NCBI GenBank assembly: GCA_963845515.1
Contig: CAWJSR010000026.1
Location: 1-64,000 of the forward strand
Source of the DNA: an uncultured delta proteobacterium
GTDB taxonomy: Bacteria > Myxococcota > Myxococcia > Myxococcales > Anaeromyxobacteraceae
Direction of reading: 5' to 3'
Length of the DNA: 64,000 nt
The notes beneath the pieces are model-generated. The model saw nothing but the letters and a program-made list of their open reading frames with translations, was not told where the DNA came from and made no database searches. Position numbers and translations under genes: made by a program. Of this stretch, positions 40,352-49,530 are shown piece by piece (positions within the stretch are counted from its first letter, which is position 1; each line of letters begins with the position of its first letter).

Positions 40352-42439
40352 ATGAGCCTCCCACCACTCCTGCAGAGCCTCCCCGAGATCAAGGGCGCTC
40401 TCACGGTCGATCCGACTGGGCGGCTCCTCTCGGCCGAGCCCCCGTCGGCGGACCAGGGTGATGCTGCGGCGGCGATCGCGGTGGCCGTGCGCGGGTTCTC
40501 CGCCGCCGGAACGTGCGCGAAGCTGGGCCCCCTGGCCACGTTGCTCGTGAAGGGAGCCGGGAGCTCGTCGGTCACCGCGGTCCGGCAGAGTGCCCTCCTC
40601 CTCGTGAAGGTCGATCCGGCGACCACGACCCACCAGGTGGAGCGGGCGCTCAAGGATTGGACGCCGAACGGGACGGCGGGGGTTGCCGCTCCACCAGCCC
40701 TGACACCCACGCCGCCGCGGCCGATGCCAGCGAAGGCGGCAGCGCCGAGCCAGCCGGCCTCGTCCTTCCCTCCCCGGCAGGCGCCAGCGAAGCCGGTCGC
40801 AGATCCCTGGGCCGCGCTCCGCCGTTCGCTCGGCCGGGGACTGCTCACCGAGGCGGTCACCTACCAGCGACAGCTCGTCGCAGCTGCCGATCCGGCGCGG
40901 GCCGGGAGCGAGCCGGTCACGGCCGAGGAGTGCGACCGGGCCGTGCGCTCCCTGCTCGAGGGGATCGGCAGCGTGATGGCCGGCGACGGAGTCGTGGGCG
41001 GCCGGATCCTCGGGCCGCTAGCGGACGGCTCGTCGCCGAACCTCAGCTTCAGGTGGCTCGCGCTCCTCTGGATCGCGCGGGCCGATCTGCGGAGCGGCGC
41101 GATCCCGGTGGCGCGCGCCCACGTGCAGGAGGCGCTCACCACCGCGCGGCAGCTCGACATCGAGGCCCGGGCGCTCAGCCAGTGGATCGCGGCAGAGGTG
41201 CTCGCGCAGGACGGCGACGCTCCCCGCGCGCTCGCGTGGCTGACGGAGTCGCGCAGCCGCTTCGAGAAGATCGGTGACCGCTGGGGCATGGGCCACACCT
41301 GGCTCTCCGAGGCGCGCGTGCTGACCTCCGCGAAGCGCGAGCACGAGGCGTCCGAGGCCGCGCGGCAGGCCGCGGCGCTCATCCCCGACTCCGAAGAGCC
41401 GTCGATCGTGCACGCCCGGCTGGCGGTGATCGGGGACGACCTGGCGGCGGCCGAGCGCGTCCTGGGTCCGCTCAAGACGCAGGCCGCCGACCGCCTGCGG
41501 GCCCTGGTCGCCGCGATCAATGGAGCGCTCGTCTCGCGCGCTGACGCCGGCGAGTTCCTGCGCGAGCAGGAGGCGCCGCCGAGCGAGCGGGCGCTCAGGG
41601 CCCTCGAGCGGATCTCGAAGGCGTCGCCCCGCTTCGCGCCGGCGCGCGAGGCGCTCGCGTGGATGCTCCTCCGGCTCGGCCGGTACGATGACGCCGGCGC
41701 GGTCTTCCGGGGACTCCTCGCGCACACTCTCGCTCCCGGAGACCGCGCCTCCGTGATGCTGGGGCTCGGCTGCATCGCCAACGCCCAGGGCGTGACCGGC
41801 GCGCCCCTGCGCGACCTCGTGGCCGCCGGGACGACGGAGCCGTCGAAGGCGTCCGCAGACGACCTGCCGCCGCTCCCGCCGCTCTCCACCTCGGGGATGC
41901 TCGCCCGCGCCACGCAGGGCGCCGGCGCCGGCTCCGTCTTCTCGGGACAGCTGAGCAGCTTCGCCCTCCCCGACCTCCTGGAGTTCCTCCGGACCGGGAA
42001 GCGGACCGGCCTCCTCGTCTGCAGCTCCGCCGCTGGCATGGGCGCGCTCCGCTTCCGCGACGGCTGGATCACCGGCGCGGCCTCACCCTCGACGCCGAGC
42101 GTCGGCGACGTGCTCGTCGGCTCGCGCAAGGTGACCCCCGAGGCGCTCAGGAAGGCCTTCGCCACGCTCGGCCCGGACCTGCCCGACCACCTCGTCGGCG
42201 AGCAGCTCGTCCGCGACGGGATCACCGACGGGGCCTCGGTGAAGAAGGCGCTCGAGCAGCAGATCGGCCTCGCGGTGCGCGAGCTGATGCACTGGACCGA
42301 CGGGGAGTTCACGTTCAACCGCGAGACGCAGGGGGCGCCGGAGTCGCAGGGGCTCTCGGTGGCGCTCGACCCCCAGGGGCTGCTCCTCAACTTCTTCAGG
42401 GAGATGGACGAGGCGTCGCGCGACGCCGCGTCCCCCTGA
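40352..42439 (+). CDS. Roadblock-like N-terminus plus Pro linker plus TPR plus DUF4388 protein
   Basis: LQSLPEIKGALTVDPTGRLL (Roadblock pattern); MalT-like TPRs; FSGQLSSFALPDLLEFL..GKRTGLL..FRDG..W.DGEFTF..LDPQGLLL (DUF4388). Confidence 0.75.
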   Translation: MSLPPLLQSLPEIKGALTVDPTGRLLSAEPPSADQGDAAAAIAVAVRGFSAAGTCAKLGPLATLLVKGAGSSSVTAVRQSALLLVKVDPATTTHQVERALKDWTPNGTAGVAAPPALTPTPPRPMPAKAAAPSQPASSFPPRQAPAKPVADPWAALRRSLGRGLLTEAVTYQRQLVAAADPARAGSEPVTAEECDRAVRSLLEGIGSVMAGDGVVGGRILGPLADGSSPNLSFRWLALLWIARADLRSGAIPVARAHVQEALTTARQLDIEARALSQWIAAEVLAQDGDAPRALAWLTESRSRFEKIGDRWGMGHTWLSEARVLTSAKREHEASEAARQAAALIPDSEEPSIVHARLAVIGDDLAAAERVLGPLKTQAADRLRALVAAINGALVSRADAGEFLREQEAPPSERALRALERISKASPRFAPAREALAWMLLRLGRYDDAGAVFRGLLAHTLAPGDRASVMLGLGCIANAQGVTGAPLRDLVAAGTTEPSKASADDLPPLPPLSTSGMLARATQGAGAGSVFSGQLSSFALPDLLEFLRTGKRTGLLVCSSAAGMGALRFRDGWITGAASPSTPSVGDVLVGSRKVTPEALRKAFATLGPDLPDHLVGEQLVRDGITDGASVKKALEQQIGLAVRELMHWTDGEFTFNRETQGAPESQGLSVALDPQGLLLNFFREMDEASRDAASP

Positions 42440-42480
42440 CGCCCGCCGATCCGCGCGCGCCGACGACACGCCCCCCCCAG

Positions 42481-43902
42481 ATGCCCACCTCTCGCGCGAC
42501 CGACACGACCGACCCAGCCCGCCTCGTGGGGCTGAAGCTGGGGAACTACCGGCTGGAGCGGCTCATCGGGCGCGGGCGGATGGGGGTCGTCTACCTGGCG
42601 AACGACGAGGCGCTGCTTCGTCCGACCGCGATCAAGCTGCTCTCGTGGAAGGCCGCCGACGCCCAGGGGCAGGACCCGGTCCGCTGGTTCCTGGGCGAGG
42701 CGCGCATGGTCGCCCGGATCAACCACCCGCGCGTGGTCCAGATCTACGGGGCCGCGCGCCAGGGCGACCACTGCTACATCGCGATGGAGTACGTCGTCGG
42801 GCGCTCGGCCGAGGCGATGGTCGCCGAGGGGGCGATCGCGCCAGAGCTGGCGACCGACATCCTGCTCCAGGCCGCGGCCGCGCTCCACGCGGCCCACGTC
42901 TCGGGGATCATCCACCGCGACGTGAAGCCGGCCAACCTGCTCGTCGGCGCCGGCGGGGTCACGAAGCTCGGCGACTTCGGGATGGCGCTAGGCAGCGCCG
43001 ACCTGGCGGTCGGGAACGCTCACATCCGCGTCGGCACCCCCTACTACACCGCCCCGGAGATCTGGGCGGGCGGGAAGGCGAGCGTCGCGTCGGACATCTA
43101 CTCGCTCGGAGCGACCTGGTTCCACCTGCTCACCGGCCAGCCGCCCTTCCCCGGCGCGACCGTCCCCGCCGTCGAGCAGGCACATCTCCGCGCCCCGATC
43201 CCCGACCCCCGCGCGCTGGTCCCGTCGCTGCCGGCGTCGTGCGCCGCGCTGATCTCCCGCGCGCTCGCCAAGGATCCGCGCGACCGGCAGGCGTCCGCGC
43301 TGGTCCTGCTGCAGGAGGGGCGCGGCGTCATGCAGGAGCTCGCCGCGGCCGGGGGCGCCCCGCTCCCGTCGCGGCATTCGGAGCCGGCCCTGACGCCGCT
43401 CCCCTCGGGGCTGCGCCACCTGCCGCCCCTCGCGCCGGAGCTGCTGCGGACCACCCTCGGCTTCCTCTTCCGCCCCTTCTCGGACGTCGCGCCCCACCAC
43501 GCGGTGCTCGCCCCCTTGCCGGCGCGAGCCAACGCGTCGCAGCTCGACGCCTACCTGCGGAGCTGGTTCGCCGCGACGCTCGCTCCCGGGGCGCCGCCGA
43601 TCCTCGTCACGCGCGACGCGCTCCTCCTGCTGGCGCTGCGGACCGAGGGCGCGCTCCAGCGCGTGCACTGCGTCGCCGAGAACATGCTGGTGCTCGCCGC
43701 GGTCGAGGGGCGCCGCACGCTCTGCACCTGGCACGCCTGGACCGCCGGGGACGACGAGCGGTGGGTGGAGACGCGGCCGGTGGAGTCGCTGCCGGCGCGC
43801 CCGGACCCCTGGCCCCCGCCCGAGGTGACCGACGTGATCGACGCGTGCCGGCGCGGCGCGGGGATGCCCCCCTGGCCGCGTGTCGCCGGACGAAGCGGGT
43901 GA
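42481..43902 (+). CDS. Hanks-type Ser/Thr kinase with a C-terminal ExeA-like remnant
   Basis: IGRGRMGVVY, AIK, HRDVKPAN, DFG and GTPYYTAPE intact; tail LGFLFRPFSD...LDAYL...EGALQRVHCVAENML. Confidence 0.9.
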   Translation: MPTSRATDTTDPARLVGLKLGNYRLERLIGRGRMGVVYLANDEALLRPTAIKLLSWKAADAQGQDPVRWFLGEARMVARINHPRVVQIYGAARQGDHCYIAMEYVVGRSAEAMVAEGAIAPELATDILLQAAAALHAAHVSGIIHRDVKPANLLVGAGGVTKLGDFGMALGSADLAVGNAHIRVGTPYYTAPEIWAGGKASVASDIYSLGATWFHLLTGQPPFPGATVPAVEQAHLRAPIPDPRALVPSLPASCAALISRALAKDPRDRQASALVLLQEGRGVMQELAAAGGAPLPSRHSEPALTPLPSGLRHLPPLAPELLRTTLGFLFRPFSDVAPHHAVLAPLPARANASQLDAYLRSWFAATLAPGAPPILVTRDALLLLALRTEGALQRVHCVAENMLVLAAVEGRRTLCTWHAWTAGDDERWVETRPVESLPARPDPWPPPEVTDVIDACRRGAGMPPWPRVAGRSG

Positions 43903-43943
43903 GGGGATCGAGCCATGGAGCTGACCACACACGGAGCGCACGC

Positions 43944-44267
43944 ATGACCGACCTCGCGAGAATCGCAAAGATCCCCAACGTCACGAGCGCGGTGCTCGGT
44001 GACCTGTCCGGCAGCTTCTTCGACGCGATCCGCGAGGCCGACGGCGAGTCGGTGGCCGCCGTCACCGGCTTCATCTCCACGAGCCTCGTGGAGGCCGGCG
44101 ACCAGCTGGGGCTGGGGGCGCTCGCGCGCGTGTCGCTCGCCGGCCCCACGCGCGCCTTCGTCATCGCCGTGGAGGCCGGTCAGGTCGTCACCATCGGCGT
44201 CGCGCCGCCGGGCTCCCTCCCGGCGGTGGAGCGTGCGCTCGACTCCTCTTCCGGCGTTCGAGGCTGA
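43944..44267 (+). CDS. Stand-alone Roadblock/LC7-like protein
   Basis: SD GGAG; IAKIPNVTSAVLGDLSG, ESVAAVTGFI, GDQLGLGAL; 107 aa. Confidence 0.75.
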   Translation: MTDLARIAKIPNVTSAVLGDLSGSFFDAIREADGESVAAVTGFISTSLVEAGDQLGLGALARVSLAGPTRAFVIAVEAGQVVTIGVAPPGSLPAVERALDSSSGVRG

Positions 44268-44268
44268 C

Positions 44269-44991
44269 ATGGAAGCGATCCTTCAGACGGTCATGGATCT
44301 CGGCGGCGTCACCGCGGCGATGGTCTTCGACAACGCCGGCCAGCTCCTCGGCCACCGCGGCCACTCGATCTACGACCGCGCCCTCTGCGAGCAGGTGGGT
44401 GTCGCGCTCGTCAGGGCGATCGACGCGGTCCAGCTGCAGCAGGAGGACTGGGAGACCATCACCGCCCAGTTCCAGGACGGGAAGCTGATCCTGCGGAAGG
44501 TCGGCGCCGTCGGCGGCCGGACCCAGGTCCTGGCCGTCGTCGCAGACGGCAACCTCAACCCGTCGTTCGCCACGGTGGCGATCCGGGTCGCCGCCGGAAA
44601 GCTCAGGAAGCTGCTCGAGGGGGGCGGGGCCTCCTCTTCGATCCTGGGCTCGTCGCACCCGGGCGGCCAGGGGCCGTCGCCGGCGGACTCCCGGCCGGCG
44701 CTGCCGGGCCAGAGCTGGGCGAAGGGCTCCGGCTCCAGCGTGGGGCTGTCCAGGGTGCAGGCCGCTGACCCGGCCGCCGGCGCGTTCCTCGGCCGCTGCG
44801 CGAAGGCGCTGGCCCAGGCCGTAGGCCCGATCGCGAAGGTCTACGTCGAGGAGGCCGTCCGCCGGGTCTCGCCGGACGCGCCCTTCGCGCTGGCGAGCGC
44901 CGCGCCCCTCGTCGAGGACCTGGCGAGCCAGATCGAGGATCCAGCCGACCGGAAGCAGTTCAAGGCGGCGCTCGCGAAGGGCCACGAATAG
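44269..44991 (+). CDS. Roadblock/LC7-like domain plus Ser/Gly linker plus small helical C-terminal domain
   Basis: LQTVMDLGGVTAAMVFDNAGQLL, ITAQFQDGKLILRK; C-terminal LAQAVGPIAKVYV...LASQIEDPADRKQF. Confidence 0.75.
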   Translation: MEAILQTVMDLGGVTAAMVFDNAGQLLGHRGHSIYDRALCEQVGVALVRAIDAVQLQQEDWETITAQFQDGKLILRKVGAVGGRTQVLAVVADGNLNPSFATVAIRVAAGKLRKLLEGGGASSSILGSSHPGGQGPSPADSRPALPGQSWAKGSGSSVGLSRVQAADPAAGAFLGRCAKALAQAVGPIAKVYVEEAVRRVSPDAPFALASAAPLVEDLASQIEDPADRKQFKAALAKGHE

Positions 44992-45052
44992 CCACCGCAG
45001 CGATCGACCAGACCCGCAGCCATACGCCGTCCCGCAGCCCGGAGGTACACCG

Positions 45053-45970
45053 ATGTCCGTCGCAGACAAGATCCGAGAGAGCCTGGGCGTCAAGATCACG
45101 CTGAAGCTCGCCGTCCTGATGGTCGCCCTGACCGCCGCAGCCGCCATCGGGATCACCCTCCTGCAGACGCAGTCCCTCGAGGCCATGACCCTGGAGAAGG
45201 CTCGCGTCGCCGCGACGATCGGCGCCCGCCAGTACGGCGACTTCTTCGACAACGCCATCGACAGCGGGCTGATGACGGTGTCCGACGCGTTCGACCGGAA
45301 CTACGTCGAGATCAAGGGCTACGACTTCGGGGGGAAGCCCAAGTACCACACGCGCTACGACGCCTTCACCGACCGGGCCGTCCTCGTGTTCCAGGACAAG
45401 TTCCTCGACCACAAGGACTTCCTCTTCGCCGTCGGCGTGGACGTGAACGGCTACCTGCCCACGCACAACACCAGGTTCCAGAAGCAGGTGACCGGCGATC
45501 CCGCCGCGGACCTCGCCGGCAACCGGACCAAGCGCAAGTTCGACGACGCCGTCGGCATCGCCGCCGCCAAGAACACCGAGCCGACGCTGGTGCAGGTCTA
45601 CTCGCGGGACACCGGCGAGACGATGTGGGACGTCTCGGCCCCGATCTTCGTGAAGGGGAAGCACTGGGGAGGGTTCCGGGTCGCCGTCTCGATGCAGCGG
45701 ATCGCGGACCGGATGATGCTCCTGCTCGCCACGCTGCTCGGCGCCTTCGCCGTCTTCGGCGTCGTGACCCTCACGGCGATGTACGTCGTGGTCCGCGGCG
45801 CGATGAAGCCAGTCAAGGCGCTGACCGCTGCCGCGACCAGGATCGGCCTCGGCGAGGATCTGGACACACCAATCAAGACCGACGAGGTCGACGAGATCGG
45901 CAAGCTGACCAAGTCGATCGACAGGCTGCGGCTCAGCATGAAGGCGGCCATGGCCCGCCTCGGCCAGTAA
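45053..45970 (+). CDS. Two-TM sensor with a Cache-like periplasmic domain and terminal HAMP, no output domain
   Basis: SD GGAGG; TM1; DVNGYLPTHN..GNRTKRKF..YSRDTGE..DVSAPIFVKGKHWGGFRV; TM2; KPVKALTAAATRIGLG..DEIGKLTKSIDRL, then stop. Confidence 0.85.
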   Translation: MSVADKIRESLGVKITLKLAVLMVALTAAAAIGITLLQTQSLEAMTLEKARVAATIGARQYGDFFDNAIDSGLMTVSDAFDRNYVEIKGYDFGGKPKYHTRYDAFTDRAVLVFQDKFLDHKDFLFAVGVDVNGYLPTHNTRFQKQVTGDPAADLAGNRTKRKFDDAVGIAAAKNTEPTLVQVYSRDTGETMWDVSAPIFVKGKHWGGFRVAVSMQRIADRMMLLLATLLGAFAVFGVVTLTAMYVVVRGAMKPVKALTAAATRIGLGEDLDTPIKTDEVDEIGKLTKSIDRLRLSMKAAMARLGQ

Positions 45971-45992
45971 CCCCGACGAAGAGGACACGACC

Positions 45993-46637
45993 ATGACACG
46001 TCTACTCCGCAGGTCCGCCGTGCTGCTCGCCGTCGCCACCGCCGCCGCGCTCGCCCCTCCCGCCTCCGCCGCGCAGCCGAAGCGGCCGGGCACCGAGGCC
46101 TCGACGGACGACCTCTCCTCCCAGGAGCGGGAGATGCTGGAGCGCGGCAAGGAGTTCGCCCGCCGCTGCACCGAGGCGATCGAGCGGTGGGTCGCGAAGA
46201 AGGAGGTCAGCCCCGAGCGGCTCTTCAGCTTCCTCTACTACCCGCTGCCGGACACGGATCCTCCCAAGTTCACGACGGACTACGACAAGCTCTCCGACCG
46301 GGACATCCAGGCGATCGAGGAGGAGATCCTCGCGGAGGATTCGACCATCATCTTCACGGTCCTCGTCGACAAGAACGGCTACCTGCCCACGCACAACCAG
46401 CGCTACTCGCAGCCGCTCACGGGCAACAAGGCGAGCGACCTCGTGAACAACCGGACGAAGCGGATCTTCAGCGATCGGACCGGCCTGCTGGCGGCGCAGA
46501 ACACCGAGCCGTACCTCATCCAGAGGTACCAGCGTGACACCGGCGAGACGATGGCCGATCTCTCGGTCCCGGTCTTCATCGGCGGCAAGCACTGGGGCGC
46601 CGTCCGGATCGGGTATCGGCAGCTCGGGGCGCGGTAG
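45993..46637 (+). CDS. Secreted stand-alone copy of the same sensor domain
   Basis: Signal peptide; DKNGYLPTHN..NNRTKRIF..YQRDTGE..DLSVPVFIGGKHWGAVRI. Confidence 0.85.
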   Translation: MTRLLRRSAVLLAVATAAALAPPASAAQPKRPGTEASTDDLSSQEREMLERGKEFARRCTEAIERWVAKKEVSPERLFSFLYYPLPDTDPPKFTTDYDKLSDRDIQAIEEEILAEDSTIIFTVLVDKNGYLPTHNQRYSQPLTGNKASDLVNNRTKRIFSDRTGLLAAQNTEPYLIQRYQRDTGETMADLSVPVFIGGKHWGAVRIGYRQLGAR

Positions 46638-46652
46638 GCGCCTCCCCAGCCT

Positions 46653-46685
46653 CCTCCTCCCCCGGCCGAGGGCCGGGGGAGGAGG
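46653..46685. terminator. Strong hairpin (REP-like or terminator) between convergent genes
   Basis: cctcctcccccggcc-gag-ggccgggggaggagg, a perfect 15-bp stem. Confidence 0.6.
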
Positions 46686-46743
46686 TCGTCTCACGGTGAC
46701 GACAGGAGCGAGGCCATTCCGCGCGGCCTTCCGGACGAGAGCT

Positions 46744-47549
46744 TCAGCGGACGCACCGCGCGTAGGCGTCGGCCACCGTCTTCACGAGCCCCGGCGTCCC
46801 CACGCTGCCGCCCAGGAAGGACGCCTGCCAGGCAGTGGTCGAGACCGGCCCCACCGTCGTGGAGGACCAGTAGTAGTTCTCCTTCGTGGTGGGGAACGCG
46901 ACCAGGTCGGCGACCGGGTACTTCGAGAAGTCCTCGATGGAGGCCAGCTCCTTGACGTTGGGGAGGCGCCAGTCGCTGGCGCCTCCCAGGGTGAGCCCCT
47001 CGCAGTAGGAGAGCGCCTGCTCCCAGGTCTTCTTCGTGCCGTCGTCCGCCCGCTGCCAGGCGAGCCCCCGCGCCGCGTCAGTCACGGTGCCGTTGCCGTT
47101 GTCCTCGCCGAAGGTGGACGTATAGGAGGTGAGACCTCCTGACCCGTGTCGGGGACGTGGGCGGCCACGACCACCTCGACCTTCACCGCATCGGCGCTGC
47201 TCGTCAGCATCCCGTCGTCCACGGTCAGGCTCAGGACGTAGGTCCCCTCCACGTCCACGTTGAAGGTCGGCGCCGCGGCCGTCGCGCTCGAGAGCGTCGC
47301 CGTGCTCCCTCCCGGCGTCGACGTGAGGGACCACGCATACGTCAGGGTGTCGCCGTCGGCGTCGCTGCTCCCGCTCCCGTCCAGGCTCACGAGCGACCCC
47401 GTCGCCACCGACTGGTCCAGCCCGGCGTTGGCCAGGGGGCGCACGTTCGTGTCTCCGCCCTCGTCGCCGCCGCCTCCACCACCGCCACAGCCGGCGCCGA
47501 TCAGCAGGAATACGGCCAGAGCAGCGAGGCGCATGCGCGTCGTTCTCAT
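46744..47549 (-). CDS. Lipoprotein with PKD-like and Lcl C-terminal (DUF1566) domains (apparent frameshift ~47135)
   Basis: Lipobox IGAGC; PLANAGLDQ..LDGSGSSDADGD.LTYAW; DNGNGTVTD..GLAWQ..DWRLPNVKEL..YWSST..ARCVR. Confidence 0.85.
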
Positions 47550-47650
47550 CGTGGAGTCCCCTGGTGTGCGTGCGGGCGTGACGCGGAAGTGGCCCTACGG
47601 GCGGACCGTCGGGGGCCCACACTGGCACGACGGGTGAAGGCTGCCAGTAT

Positions 47651-49414
47651 TCACACCTCGAGCTGCGCGCCCTCTCGCCGCAGCTCCGGATGGTCGGCGC
47701 AGTCGAGGCCGCAGGCGCGGCAGAGATCGGGCGCGCAGGGACGGGTGACCTTCCCTGCCAGCCCGCGCTCCCGCTCGCTGACCAGCCACGCCTTCTCGAC
47801 GCCGTGGTCGAGGAAGTCCCATGGCAGCCGCTCCGCCTCGCCGACCCGCCGCTCCGCGAAGTAGTCGGGGTCCTCGCCCCATCCCTTGAGCGCCTTGCCC
47901 AGGGCGCCGCCGTGGTCCCGCCAGGCGGCCTCGATGAGGTCGGCGGTCCGCCGATCCCCGCGCGACAACACCGCCTGCAGCCGGGCCTCCCGCGGTGACA
48001 GGAAGTCCACGGTCACGCCGAGCGGCCGCAGCTCACGCTCCAGGAGCTTGCGGGCCGCCTTGAGGTCCGCCTCCGGCGCGATCCCGTCCCACTGGAACGG
48101 CGTCCAGGGCTTGGGCACGAACGGGTTCACCGAGAGCGTCATCCGGCCGATCCGCCCGCGCCGCCGGGCCCACGGGAGGAGCACCTCGTCGCGGATGCGG
48201 CGCGTCAGGGCCGCGATCCCCTCCAGATCCTCCACGCGCTCCGTCGGGAGGCCGCACATGAAGTAGAGCTTCACGTCCTCCAGCCCCTCGGAGAGGGCCG
48301 CCTCCGCCGCCTCGACGACCCGGTCGTCGGTGAAGTCCTTGTTGAGCACCCGCCGGAGCCGCTCCGTCCCCGCCTCGGGCGCGAGCGTCACCGTCTTCTC
48401 GCCCCCCTCGGCGAGCCGCCGCGCCAGCTCCCGGTCGAGCGCGTCCACCCGCAGGCTCGAGGGGCTCGCCGCGCCGCCGCGCCCGGCGATGAAGGCCGTG
48501 AGGGAGCGCAGCGCCGTGTGATCGCTGGTGTCCGGGCCCACGAGGCCGATCCGCTGGCCGCGCGCCATCCCCTTCTCGGCCTCCGCCCGGAGCACCGTCT
48601 CGGAGACCTCGCGGTACGGGCGCTGCACGAAGCCGGCGGCGCAGAACCGGCACCCCCAGAGGCAGCCGCGCGCCACCTCCACGAGGTGGAGGTCGCCGAA
48701 GCGCGCCCCGGGGGTCTCGACGGCGCGGGCCGTGGCGACCTCGCGGAGGTCGGCCGCCCACTGGCGGCGGACGCGCGCCGGGGCGCCGCCGAGCGGCTCG
48801 AAGCGCTCGACCCACTGCCCCCCGGTCGCCGTGCCCCGCGTCGGGGCGTAGGCGACCTCGTAGCGTGACGGGACGTAGACGCCGGGCAGGCACGCCAGCG
48901 CGCCGAGCAGCGCCACCCGCTCCGGCGGCGCCTCGCGCGCGGCCAGCAGCAGGTCGACGACCGGAGGGAGCAGCGGCTCCGCCTCGCCGACGAGCATCGC
49001 GTCGAAGAACGGCGCGACCGGCTCGGGGTTGATCTGGACCGCGATCCCACCGGCGACGACGAGCGGGTGGCCGGCGCCGCGGGCGGCCGCGCGGACCGGC
49101 AGCCCGGCCCTCGCGAGGATCTCCGGGATCCGGACGTAGTCGTCCTCGAAGGAGAGGGAGAAGGCGATCACGTCGAAGTCGGAGAGCGGCCGATCCGACT
49201 CGATGGTCCTCGGCTCGCCCGGCCCCTCCGGGAGGAACGCCCGCTCGCACAGGACGTCGGCCGGTTCGTTCAGCAGCCGGTAGACCGCGTGGACCCCCAG
49301 GTTCGCCATCCCGACGGACCAGCGATTCGGGTAGACGAGCGCCCACGCGAGCCTGCCGCCGCGGTCCTTGCGGATCGCGCCGCGCTCCTGGCTGGTGGGG
49401 GCAGCGTGCTCCAT
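47651..49414 (-). CDS. Radical SAM protein (TIGR03960-like family)
   Basis: YPNRWSVGMANLG, EVARGCLWGCRFC, APEAGTERLR, PFVPKPWTPFQW, C-terminal Cys cluster. Confidence 0.85.
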   Translation of the reverse strand: MEHAAPTSQERGAIRKDRGGRLAWALVYPNRWSVGMANLGVHAVYRLLNEPADVLCERAFLPEGPGEPRTIESDRPLSDFDVIAFSLSFEDDYVRIPEILARAGLPVRAAARGAGHPLVVAGGIAVQINPEPVAPFFDAMLVGEAEPLLPPVVDLLLAAREAPPERVALLGALACLPGVYVPSRYEVAYAPTRGTATGGQWVERFEPLGGAPARVRRQWAADLREVATARAVETPGARFGDLHLVEVARGCLWGCRFCAAGFVQRPYREVSETVLRAEAEKGMARGQRIGLVGPDTSDHTALRSLTAFIAGRGGAASPSSLRVDALDRELARRLAEGGEKTVTLAPEAGTERLRRVLNKDFTDDRVVEAAEAALSEGLEDVKLYFMCGLPTERVEDLEGIAALTRRIRDEVLLPWARRRGRIGRMTLSVNPFVPKPWTPFQWDGIAPEADLKAARKLLERELRPLGVTVDFLSPREARLQAVLSRGDRRTADLIEAAWRDHGGALGKALKGWGEDPDYFAERRVGEAERLPWDFLDHGVEKAWLVSERERGLAGKVTRPCAPDLCRACGLDCADHPELRREGAQLEV

Positions 49415-49530
49415 CGGGTGGCCTTCCTCTAACAGCGGCGGGTGCCCACGTCGAGCGGGGCCCGAACTCCCGCAAACGAGGGTATTATCCGGCGGCGCGC
49501 GACGGGGCCCTTCCCCCGGCCGCGAACCAC

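Noticed and set aside
45053..46637. Methyl-accepting chemotaxis protein call
   Set aside because: Neither protein has an MCP signalling hairpin, and no che genes are in the window.
39483..47600. Integrative island or prophage at tRNA-Ser carrying the signalling operon
   Set aside because: No integrase, duplicated tRNA 3' end or GC shift; the tRNA 3' ends face ffs-dnaX, not the operon.
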